Part shown: piece after piece, positions 9,162 through 17,657 of the stretch
How the letters are laid out: the number at the start of each line of letters is the position of its first letter
Numbering within the stretch: position 1 is the first letter of the stretch
Assembly (NCBI GenBank): GCA_048571215.1
Contig: CP182352.1
Coordinates: 960,001 to 1,024,000 of the forward strand
DNA: 64,000 nt
Reading direction: 5' to 3'
From: Halarcobacter sp.
Lineage (GTDB): Bacteria; Campylobacterota; Campylobacteria; Campylobacterales; Arcobacteraceae
Notes under the pieces: model-generated
Databases searched by the model: none
What the model was told of the DNA's origin: nothing
What the model saw: the letters and a program-made list of their open reading frames with translations, nothing else
Made by a program: the position numbers and the translations under genes

Positions 9162-9257
9162 GAGTTTTTGAAAAGAATTGTGAAATTTTTAATATTATTG
9201 ATTTTTATTTTTGTATGAATTGATTGTTGTGCTAGATTCTATTTGTTGTTATGTCAT

Positions 9258-9353
9258 TTATTTTTTCTCAAACGCAAGCTTTATCCCTAAACAAATCAAA
9301 ACTGTACCACTTGTACGATTGATTCATTTTAGTACAGATTCATTATTCAGGAC
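9258..9353 (-). pseudogene. C-terminal remnant of a LysE/RhtB-family translocator
   Basis: VLNNESVLK*INRTSGTVLICLGIKLAFEKK*, resembling the WxNRxxGxxLIxxGxKL end of LysE proteins; 5' part replaced by the repeat. Confidence 0.55.
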
Positions 9354-9583
9354 CTTTGGATTTTTTATACCATTTTATTCGAATTGGTGTAATACTTAAA
9401 AAGCATTCTAAAAGTTTGAGGCTAGGGTATTTAGTCCAGACTTTGTTGAAGCTGGAACTTTTTCTTTTTTTATGGTGAAAAGTGAGGACGTGTTTGAGCG
9501 TAAAAAAGAGTGACTAACTCACTCTTTTAGCGAGTTGCCACCTTAAAAGAATATAAAAATTCCATATAAAATTTATAATAAAA

Positions 9584-10555
9584 TTAAATTTTTTCTGAAT
9601 CATATGGTACATTATTTTTATATACGGCATGAGCAATAACTAATAGTTTTCTCATAATTGCTACTTGTATAACTGTAGTATGTTTTCCATTTTCTTTTAG
9701 TCTATCATAAAACTTTCTTAATCTTTCGTTATTTCTTATTGATGTCATTGCTGGCATAAACAAAGTACCTCTACATATTTTTGAACCTGCTTTTGATATT
9801 TTTGTTTTTCCATTAACTGATATACCTGAACTTTTTTCTATTGGATCTAATCCTGCTAAAGATACTATCTGTTTTTGATTAGCATTTTTATATTGAATAA
9901 AATGTATAAGTAATACAATTGAAGATATTTCTCCTATACCATCAATTGTTTGCAAATTATTAAATGATTGTTGAAGTTTCTCATCTTTTTTTATGATTGA
10001 TTTTATTTTTTTGATAATTTTTTGTTCTTGTTTTTTTAAAAATTGATTTTGTAATTCAAACTCTTTTATCAAATAGCTTTTATCTTTTTTTGCTTTTAAA
10101 GCAGCTATATGGTTTTTAGTTATAACTTGTTGTTTAATAATTAATTTATATCCAGAAATAAGCTCTTTTAATTCTTCTTCTATGGTATCTACAATAGGTA
10201 TTTTAATATCTTTATCTTTAGCTGTAACAATCATTTTAGATAAAAGCTGTGCATCTTTTATATCATTTTTATTTCTATATCCCATTACTTTTGCAAAGCT
10301 AGCACTTTTTTTAGGATTTACTATAAAGCTTTTTATATTTTTGTTTGCACAAAACTGTTTTAAAAGAAATGAATAATTAGCTGTTGGTTCATAAACAAAT
10401 ACTAATTTATCTATCTCTTTTTTATAAAGCTTTTTTAGTTTAGAGTACAAACTTTTTATTCCATTTAAACTATTATCAATAATTAAATCTAAATCATTTA
10501 TTGGAATATAAACATTAATTGTTGACTTACTTACATCTAATCCGATAGAATACAT
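9584..10555 (-). CDS. IS110-family DEDD recombinase/transposase
   Basis: GLDVSK, YEPT, KNDIKDA (DEDD), SSG catalytic serine, ISKAG, VAIMRKL. Confidence 0.95.
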   Translation of the reverse strand: MYSIGLDVSKSTINVYIPINDLDLIIDNSLNGIKSLYSKLKKLYKKEIDKLVFVYEPTANYSFLLKQFCANKNIKSFIVNPKKSASFAKVMGYRNKNDIKDAQLLSKMIVTAKDKDIKIPIVDTIEEELKELISGYKLIIKQQVITKNHIAALKAKKDKSYLIKEFELQNQFLKKQEQKIIKKIKSIIKKDEKLQQSFNNLQTIDGIGEISSIVLLIHFIQYKNANQKQIVSLAGLDPIEKSSGISVNGKTKISKAGSKICRGTLFMPAMTSIRNNERLRKFYDRLKENGKHTTVIQVAIMRKLLVIAHAVYKNNVPYDSEKI

Positions 10556-10599
10556 TTCTAGAACCTTTATTTTAGGATAAAGAGTTCGTTAGGGTAGGA

Positions 10600-10805
10600 T
10601 TTCTCCTACCTGATAATTGTTATACAAACTTTAGACTTATAAAATACGAACTAGTTATAAAACTGTTCTTGTTGCCACTCAAATTTAAAGTATAACTATC
10701 AAACTCGCCATCAAGCTAATTATAAATTATTTTTTATAATTGCTTTAGTTCCGCAACGATATATTATCTTTCAAACTCTTTGGAAATATATTAACTATAT
10801 TCCCT
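10600..10805 (-). ncRNA. Predicted IS110 bridge RNA (ends approximate)
   Basis: Guide matches in canonical 5'-3' order: LTG 10758-10747, RTG 10708-10703, LDG 10678-10671, RDG 10641-10635; TATAAT just inside the element end. Confidence 0.8.
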
Positions 10806-10962
10806 TAAATGTATTATATAAGTCCCGCAACGCAATAAAAAAATAGAAAGTGGAAGGTAGCTTTGCCTTCAACAACGCGTCTGGTGGCTTTTGTTTTACT
10901 TTTACCACTAAAAGTAAAGAAAGCGAAGAACTTGTTCTTCAAGACAACTGCATACAATAAAA

Positions 10963-11579
10963 ACTATTTTCAAAGTATTTGAATGTAGTTAAACTTTAAC
11001 TGTACCTCTTGGTTTTTTCGACTTTTTTTATGAAAAAAAAGTAGCAAAAAATCACCCGCGGGGTTTCGAAGGCGGAAGCTCCCCTCGCTTATTATTTATT
11101 ATTTCTGTTTTGTCTTGTGCTTGCACTCTCTTTGAGAAAACTCACATAAAAATATGCTCCCAGCATATTTGTTCTGTTCAAACAGTTACAAAACTTCTCC
11201 GAAACAATAAATAAACACTCGGCTTCTCAAATGCGGGAAGGTGGGATAATGATCTTTGCATTTTTTGATACCATTACATTCAAAATTACTGTGATACTCA
11301 ATATCTATTTTAAAAGTTTGTGGCTAGTGTATTTAGTCCAGACTTTGTTGAAGCCGGAAGGTTTTTAATTATTTTCGGAAAAGCCTGAGAATGTTTGAGG
11401 AGAGAAAAGTGACTAGATGTCACTTTTTCGACGAGTTTCGCAAGGCAGAAAATAATTAAGAACCTGTAGGGGACTTTAGCTTTAACAACCGTCTGGTGGC
11501 TTTTCTCAAAGAGAGTGTAAACACAGGTTTTACTTTTACCACTAAAAGTAAAGGAAGCGAAGAACTTTGTTCTTCAAGA
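10963..11579. repeat. Structured repeat copy 5 (complete, tandem to copy 4)
   Basis: Collinear with 3391-4002 throughout. Confidence 0.9.
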
Positions 11580-11587
11580 TAAAAAAC

Positions 11588-12775
11588 CTACTTGTTTTTC
11601 ACTTCCACCCCATTATATCCCAACACCTTTTGCACATATCTTTTATCTCTCATACCAACTAAGATTCTAGTTATATATTCTTGTTCTTCTAAGAATTTAA
11701 GTGCAGCAAAGTCTATTGGTTCTTTTATCCCTAGTTTTTCTGATACTTTTTTTGAAATTCTATGTTTTACATTGTTTTTATAACAATTTAAAAAGCTGTC
11801 AAAAAGTTGGAAATATATGGGGTCTAGTTTTATTTGTTGTACTGCATATGGTATAACTTGATATTCTATTAAGTCATCCACATCTCCAGCCCATTTATAT
11901 TCACTTTCAAGGGAAAGAAGTTGAGTTATTAATTCTTGAAAATTATCATTTGGTATCTCTTTAACTTGTTCTAAAAGTTGCTCAAAATTGATACACTCAC
12001 TATAACTTGCAAGTCTTATCATCTCATCATCTTTTATGGCATTTAAAGGTCTATTAACATGAACCTCTAAGCCATTTTCATGTGCCCATTTTGCAGCTGG
12101 TATTCCATTTAGCTCAAACATATTCATAGGCAGTTGTATAACCTTAAAGTGATGGTTTTCCCCTGCAATTTCTTTTGCATAAGAGATTAGATGTTTATAT
12201 TCTAAAAAGTGTAAATCACTTCTTTTTTTAGCAAAGGAGTTTGAACTAATCCCATAAGCTTTTATTTTTCCCTCTTTTACTCTTTCTTCTAAAAGTGCAA
12301 AGGCATTTTTGATTCTTAGTTGCATTGTTTTGTGATGGTGTAGTACTTGTTCTTCACTCATCCCAGCTTTTACCTCTTTCATTAAGTAATACTCTGGATT
12401 ATGAAGTAGATATACATCAATATAATCTGTGTTTAATCTTTTTAAACTCTTGTGTATCTCTTCATCAATAAATGATTGTGATATTGAGTGGTAGCAGTTT
12501 TCATCATATTTTACTAATTCATCTACTTCATAGCCATTTTGAACTTTTTTTAGAAGCTCACCTTGAATATAACCACCTTTGGTGATAATAGTATAATCTT
12601 CTCTTTTTTTATTCTCTAATACTTGTCCTATCATTAGCTCAGCTTCACCGTGCATATAGTTTGAGGAAGTATCAATATGAGTAATACCATTTTCAAGTGC
12701 AAAGTTTAAAGCATCTTTATGAATAGGATTTTGATAAGTTGTTCTGTAAGTTCCGAATGAATATTTTGATAGCAT
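11588..12775 (-). CDS. Aldo/keto reductase
   Basis: FGTYR, IDTSSNY, TKGG, SLKRLNTDYIDVYLLHNPE. Confidence 0.9.
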   Translation of the reverse strand: MLSKYSFGTYRTTYQNPIHKDALNFALENGITHIDTSSNYMHGEAELMIGQVLENKKREDYTIITKGGYIQGELLKKVQNGYEVDELVKYDENCYHSISQSFIDEEIHKSLKRLNTDYIDVYLLHNPEYYLMKEVKAGMSEEQVLHHHKTMQLRIKNAFALLEERVKEGKIKAYGISSNSFAKKRSDLHFLEYKHLISYAKEIAGENHHFKVIQLPMNMFELNGIPAAKWAHENGLEVHVNRPLNAIKDDEMIRLASYSECINFEQLLEQVKEIPNDNFQELITQLLSLESEYKWAGDVDDLIEYQVIPYAVQQIKLDPIYFQLFDSFLNCYKNNVKHRISKKVSEKLGIKEPIDFAALKFLEEQEYITRILVGMRDKRYVQKVLGYNGVEVKNK

Positions 12776-12865
12776 ATATAACCTTGAAAAAAATTTTAGA
12801 AATAATTATATACAAAAAGCATACCTTTGGCAATAAAAGGTATAAAAATTGCATATATTTTATTT

Positions 12866-13429
12866 ATGGAAAAAAAATACGATTTAGAAACATATGATAG
12901 ATTTTTGGGTGACTTTAAAAGTGATGGTGGTCACTGGGAAAAGATAGAAAAAAGAACAGCTACTTTATTTCAAGTTTTAATAGATGGGGACTTAAAAGAG
13001 CTTGTTTTTGTATTAAAACATTATCCTAAGTATGTTGAGATAGTTTGTGACCATTTTAGATATCTATATAATTATTCAGGGGAAGAGGCTGATATATATG
13101 CAGCTTCAAAGCTTTTAGATATGAGTGAAGGGTACCATCAAAAACAATTTGTTCGAAATCTTGTTAGAAAATTAGAAAAGGTTGATGAGTTTGATATATC
13201 AAGCTTAAAAAACTTTTTAGATAATCTAATAAATAATCAAACAAAAATACACCCTATAATATTAGCTTATTACAAAAGTGAAATACAAAACAATATTGAA
13301 AGTAACAATTACCATAAACTTCAAATAAAGGTTTTAGAAAAAAATCTTTCTAAATTGATAGTTGATAATAGTTTTGATTTTAGTGCAAAAGATAGGGATG
13401 CAAATTTAGATATTCCATATATGGATTAA
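12866..13429 (+). CDS. Hypothetical protein
   Basis: ORF with host-like composition; ATG at 12866 preferred. Confidence 0.7.
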   Translation: MEKKYDLETYDRFLGDFKSDGGHWEKIEKRTATLFQVLIDGDLKELVFVLKHYPKYVEIVCDHFRYLYNYSGEEADIYAASKLLDMSEGYHQKQFVRNLVRKLEKVDEFDISSLKNFLDNLINNQTKIHPIILAYYKSEIQNNIESNNYHKLQIKVLEKNLSKLIVDNSFDFSAKDRDANLDIPYMD

Positions 13430-13442
13430 GAGGAGTAGTTAT

Positions 13443-13868
13443 ATGAAGTTTTTTACAAAAAAAGAGGTTGTTTTTTATGAAAAACCTGGATGTGCAGGAA
13501 ACAAAAAACAAAAAGAGCTTTTAACAAGTAATGGGGTAGAGTTTGAAGTAAAATCTATGCTTGATACTAAATGGAGTGTTGAGAGTTTGAATAGTTTTTT
13601 TAAAGATTTAGATAAAGAAAAAATAGTAAATCAGTTTGCACCGCAAGTAAAAAGTGGTGAGATAGATATATCAAAACTTTCAAAAGATGAATTAGTAAAC
13701 CTGATGATAAAAGAACCAATTCTAATAAAAAGACCACTTATTCAAGTAGATGATGAAAAAATTTGTGGCTTTGATATCCCAAAACTAAACAGTGCATTAA
13801 GTTTAGACCTTGATTCAAAAAAAGAGATTGGCACTTGCCAAAGTAGTGATTCATGCAAAACTGTTTAG
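13443..13868 (+). CDS. ArsC/Spx-family protein
   Basis: YEKPGCAGN, P.LIKRP, CGFD. Confidence 0.85.
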   Translation: MKFFTKKEVVFYEKPGCAGNKKQKELLTSNGVEFEVKSMLDTKWSVESLNSFFKDLDKEKIVNQFAPQVKSGEIDISKLSKDELVNLMIKEPILIKRPLIQVDDEKICGFDIPKLNSALSLDLDSKKEIGTCQSSDSCKTV

Positions 13869-14152
13869 TAGAAATATGTAAAGAGTTTGAAACCTTAAAA
13901 GGTTTTTTAAAAACTCCAACAAAAGAGCAAGAAGAGACTGTAAATAGACTTTTTTATAAATTCATGGAGTGTTTTCCTACAATAAAAGAGGAGAAACTTG
14001 AATACCCTCGTGAGTTCATTGATGATGTAAGATTATATAATGAAGGTTTAGAGATAGTTCATAAAAAATTTGAGGATACTCAAATTAGATATCTAATGCT
14101 TAGCGATTTTTATGATTTTGCAAGAGTAACAAAAAAATACAAGAAAATATAG
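13853..14152 (+). CDS. Hypothetical protein
   Basis: 99 aa ORF overlapping the upstream gene. Confidence 0.65.
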   Translation: MQNCLVEICKEFETLKGFLKTPTKEQEETVNRLFYKFMECFPTIKEEKLEYPREFIDDVRLYNEGLEIVHKKFEDTQIRYLMLSDFYDFARVTKKYKKI

Positions 14153-14198
14153 TTTTATATAAGTTTTATATATTATAATAAATCAAAAAGAGATTTAT

Positions 14199-15761
14199 AT
14201 GCCAAAACTTTTTAAAGACTTCATTATTATAGGTGCAATTTTACTAATTGTATTATCTATTTTAGAACCAAGCTTTTTATGGCTGGCTTTAGTTTATGTA
14301 GCAATTGTTGCCCTTGGGCTTTATGATATAAAACAAACAAAACACTCTTTGTGGAGAAACTTCCCTGTTATTGGTAGACTAAGGTGGGTCTTAGAAGAGT
14401 TAAGACCTCCTATAAGACAATATTTTATTGAGTCTGATATAGATGGTGTTCCTATAAATAGACAACAAAGATCACTTGTATATAGACGTTCTAAAAAGTT
14501 GCCTAGTACTATTCCTTTTGGTACTAAAATTGATGTTTATGAACCAGGTTATGAATGGATAGGGCACTCTTTGAGTGCTCAAAAAGCTTCCACTTTAGAT
14601 AATTCACCAAGAGTTTTAATAGGAGGAAAGGATTGTAAACAACCCTATGAGGCATCTTTATTAAATATATCAGCAATGAGTTTTGGTGCCCTTAGTGCCA
14701 ATGCAGTTTTAGCTTTAGGTAATGGGGCAAAGATTGGAAACTTTGCTTTAAATACAGGGGAGGGTGGACTAAGTAGATACCACTTAGCTACAAACTGTGA
14801 TTTGATTTGGCAAATAGGAACTGGGTATTTTGGTTGTAGAGATGAAGATGGTAATTTTCACGAAGATAAGTTCACAAAAAAATCAAATGTTGAAAATGTA
14901 AAAATGATTGAGATAAAACTTTCTCAGGGGGCTAAACCAGGGCATGGTGGTATTTTACCTGCAAATAAAAATACTCCAGAGATTGCAGAAGGTAGAGATG
15001 TAAAACCACATACAAGGGTTGATTCTCCCCCTACACATAGTTCATTTCATACCTTTAAAGGTTTATTGAATTTTGTTAAAAAATTAAGAGACTTAAGTGG
15101 TGGTAAACCAACTGGTTTTAAGCTTTGCATTGGGAGAAAAGAGGAGTTTATAGATATTTGTAAAGCTATGGTAGAAACAGGGATTAAACCTGATTTTATA
15201 ACTGTAGATGGAGGTGAGGGTGGTACTGGTGCTGCACCTTTAGAGTATACAAACTCTGTTGGGATGCCTTTTAGAGAAGCCTTGGTTTTTGTTGTAGATT
15301 GTTTGATAGGATTTAATCTAAAAGATGATATAAAAGTTATAGCTTCTGGAAAAATTTTAAATGGTATGGATATTACAAAAGCCTTAGCAATTGGTGCAGA
15401 TTTATGTGCAAGTGCTAGGGGTATGATGTTAAGCTTAGGTTGTATTCAAGCTTTATTATGTCACAAAAATACTTGTCCTACAGGTGTTGCAACACAAGAT
15501 CCACGCTTAGCTAAAGGTTTAGTTGTAGAAGATAAAAAACAAAGGGTTGCGAATTTTCATGAAGTAACTTTGGAGAGTTTTACTGAGATGTTAGCTTCAG
15601 CTGGACTTCATACCCCAAGTGAACTCAATAGAACTCATATTTTTAGAAGACTTGATGAAACAAGTTACAAAAGATATGATGAAATATTTACACCTATGAG
15701 AAAAGGGGATTTGTTAAGTGAGCCATATCCTAAAGAATATGAGCTATTTATGGACAAATAG
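14199..15761 (+). CDS. FMN-binding glutamate synthase family protein
   Basis: SAMSFGALS, NTGEGG, EIKLSQGAKPGHGG, CIQALLCHKNTCPTGVATQ. Confidence 0.92.
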   Translation: MPKLFKDFIIIGAILLIVLSILEPSFLWLALVYVAIVALGLYDIKQTKHSLWRNFPVIGRLRWVLEELRPPIRQYFIESDIDGVPINRQQRSLVYRRSKKLPSTIPFGTKIDVYEPGYEWIGHSLSAQKASTLDNSPRVLIGGKDCKQPYEASLLNISAMSFGALSANAVLALGNGAKIGNFALNTGEGGLSRYHLATNCDLIWQIGTGYFGCRDEDGNFHEDKFTKKSNVENVKMIEIKLSQGAKPGHGGILPANKNTPEIAEGRDVKPHTRVDSPPTHSSFHTFKGLLNFVKKLRDLSGGKPTGFKLCIGRKEEFIDICKAMVETGIKPDFITVDGGEGGTGAAPLEYTNSVGMPFREALVFVVDCLIGFNLKDDIKVIASGKILNGMDITKALAIGADLCASARGMMLSLGCIQALLCHKNTCPTGVATQDPRLAKGLVVEDKKQRVANFHEVTLESFTEMLASAGLHTPSELNRTHIFRRLDETSYKRYDEIFTPMRKGDLLSEPYPKEYELFMDK

Positions 15762-15807
15762 GGAATAGTTATTGCATATATAATTAAAAATATATTAAGG
15801 AATAACA

Positions 15808-16374
15808 ATGGCAACTCCTATTGAGTTTATTAAAGAAAATGAATTAGCATGGCAACCATCTTTTAGTGGTGAATTAAGTGATGGAACTTATGGATATAGA
15901 GGAGCTTTGATTATAGAGCCAGGAAAACAAATATCTCCTGATAGAGTATTACCTCCAAAAAGTCAAGCAAAACAAGTTATTATGATATCTGAGGGTAAAA
16001 AAATCAAATTTTTTGCTTGTGAATTAGAAAGTTTTCATCATTTTGCACCAATGATTGAAAAATATAAAGATTTTTTTGATGCTTCTGGATTAAATCTATT
16101 ATATGTTACTGATTTAGAAAAAGCTGGTACATTTGAGTATGAAGGTGTAAAATATACTGCAATTCCATTGGATGAAAGTTCAGTTTGGAATGAATTATTA
16201 GAATTAGCATCTTTAGAAAAAAGTGATATGAAAAGACTAAAAAAACAAGAAGAAAAAATAGAAGCTGTATATGAAGAATTGGCAGATACTGATGTTGAAG
16301 AGGCTTCAAAAACTTATGATGAGATGTTAACTTTTGTAGGAGAAAGTTCTAAACAACTTATGGGAGCAGTTTAA
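15808..16374 (+). CDS. Hypothetical protein
   Basis: 188 aa, RBS AAGGA. Confidence 0.75.
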   Translation: MATPIEFIKENELAWQPSFSGELSDGTYGYRGALIIEPGKQISPDRVLPPKSQAKQVIMISEGKKIKFFACELESFHHFAPMIEKYKDFFDASGLNLLYVTDLEKAGTFEYEGVKYTAIPLDESSVWNELLELASLEKSDMKRLKKQEEKIEAVYEELADTDVEEASKTYDEMLTFVGESSKQLMGAV

Positions 16375-16420
16375 TAACTGCTTTCACAACATATTCAAGC
16401 TTTTTAAACTATAATAGTTT

Positions 16421-16903
16421 ATGAATAAAGAGTTAATAACAGAGTTTGGATATAAAAAAATTGTAAAAGAGTTTAAAAATCTTTTAGAAGTAGAAAAACC
16501 TTATTGGGTAAAAGAGAAAGAGATAGCTGCCCAACACGGAGATAGAAGTGAAAATGCAGAATATATTTCTGCAAAAGAGATGCTTCGTAATATTGATAGA
16601 AAATTAAGATTTTTAGAAAAGATTATTAATAATTCTACTGTGATTGATACCACAAAAATTCCCCATAACAAAGTAAATCTTGGTTCAGAAGTGAGCATTT
16701 TAGATTTGAAAACCAATTTTCAAAAAAAATATATAATTGTTGGAACCTTTGAAACTAATCCAAATGAGAATAAAATATCAAATAAATCTCCTTTAGGAAT
16801 GACACTTTTAGGAAAAGAATTAAATGAAGAGTTTGAATTTTCTATAGATAACAAATCTTTTGAATATGAAGTTATTGATATACAAATGCATAGGTTTTAC
16901 TAA
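16421..16903 (+). CDS. GreA/GreB-family transcription elongation factor
   Basis: GDRSENAEY and IS.KSPLG motifs. Confidence 0.9.
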   Translation: MNKELITEFGYKKIVKEFKNLLEVEKPYWVKEKEIAAQHGDRSENAEYISAKEMLRNIDRKLRFLEKIINNSTVIDTTKIPHNKVNLGSEVSILDLKTNFQKKYIIVGTFETNPNENKISNKSPLGMTLLGKELNEEFEFSIDNKSFEYEVIDIQMHRFY

Positions 16904-16979
16904 TTATTAATAATTTTAAATATAAAATTAATGTATTATAATAAGATTTGATTTTGATTATTTTTAAGGAAATATATAT

Positions 16980-17657
16980 ATGCATAATAAAATATTAAAA
17001 CAAATAAAAGTTTTATTTGTAGAAGATGAAGAGTTAATTAGAAAAAAAACAGTCTCATCTTTAGAGTATATTGTAGCTGAAGTTGAAGAAGCTGCAAATG
17101 GTGTAGAGGCATTAGAAAAATTAAAAAACTTTACTCCAGATTTAATTATCACTGACTTAGAAATGCCAGATATGGATGGTATAGAGTTTATAAAAGAACT
17201 TAGACAAAAGAATAATGATATATGTATTATTGTTGTAACTGCTCATACAAGTGAAAAATATTTGTTAGAATTAATTGATATGCATATAGAAAAATATATT
17301 ATAAAACCAATAAATTTAGAAAAACTTATTAATGCTTTAGAGGATTGTCAAAAATTATTTTCTGATTCAAAATTTTATTTAAAAGAACTTCCTTATGGTT
17401 ATAAATATGATTGGAATCAAAAAATATTGTTACATAATGAAGAGTTGATCTCTTTGACAAAAAAGGAAATACTTTTTTTAGAGTTACTATTTAAAAATAC
17501 AAATAATATAGTTTATTACGAACAATTACAAAATGAAGTATGGCAAAATAGTGTAATGACAGATAATGCCTTAAGATCATTAGTGAAAAATTTGAGAAAA
17601 AAATTGCCAAAGGATTTTATTTCAAATCTTTCAGGAGTAGGGTACAAATTTGTTTAG
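16980..17657 (+). CDS. OmpR-family response regulator
   Basis: Receiver (VEDE, TDLEMP, KP) plus wHTH (LRKKL, GVGY). Confidence 0.92.
   Translation: MHNKILKQIKVLFVEDEELIRKKTVSSLEYIVAEVEEAANGVEALEKLKNFTPDLIITDLEMPDMDGIEFIKELRQKNNDICIIVVTAHTSEKYLLELIDMHIEKYIIKPINLEKLINALEDCQKLFSDSKFYLKELPYGYKYDWNQKILLHNEELISLTKKEILFLELLFKNTNNIVYYEQLQNEVWQNSVMTDNALRSLVKNLRKKLPKDFISNLSGVGYKFV

Larger units (their letters stand above)
9536..10823 (-). mobile_element. IS110-family insertion sequence, 1288 bp, no terminal inverted repeats, AGT (minus strand ACT) core at both junctions
   Basis: Boundaries deduced from the interrupted repeat; AGT at 9533-9535 and 10821-10823. Confidence 0.88.
9351..10962. repeat. Structured repeat copy 4 (spacer + half B), split by the IS110 (repeat parts 9351-9535 and 10824-10962)
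   Basis: Left part ends ...CTTTTAGCGAGT, right part resumes CCCGCAACGCAATAAAAAAATAGAAAGTGG; joining them restores the stem CTTTTTCTTTTTTTAT/ATAAAAAAATAGAAAG. Confidence 0.85.

Noticed and set aside
9200..9254. Possible attC after the LysE remnant (minus strand ACATAAC)
   Set aside because: No convincing palindrome or GTT partner found
9211..9399. 62-aa plus-strand ORF
   Set aside because: It is the shadow of a minus-strand LysE remnant plus the repeat spacer
9536..10823. Terminal inverted repeats or target-site duplication for the IS
   Set aside because: Only a 3-bp shared core is present, as expected for conservative IS110 recombination
3391..11579. CRISPR array interpretation of the repeats
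   Set aside because: Units are ~600 bp, lack short constant repeats with unique spacers, and no cas genes are present
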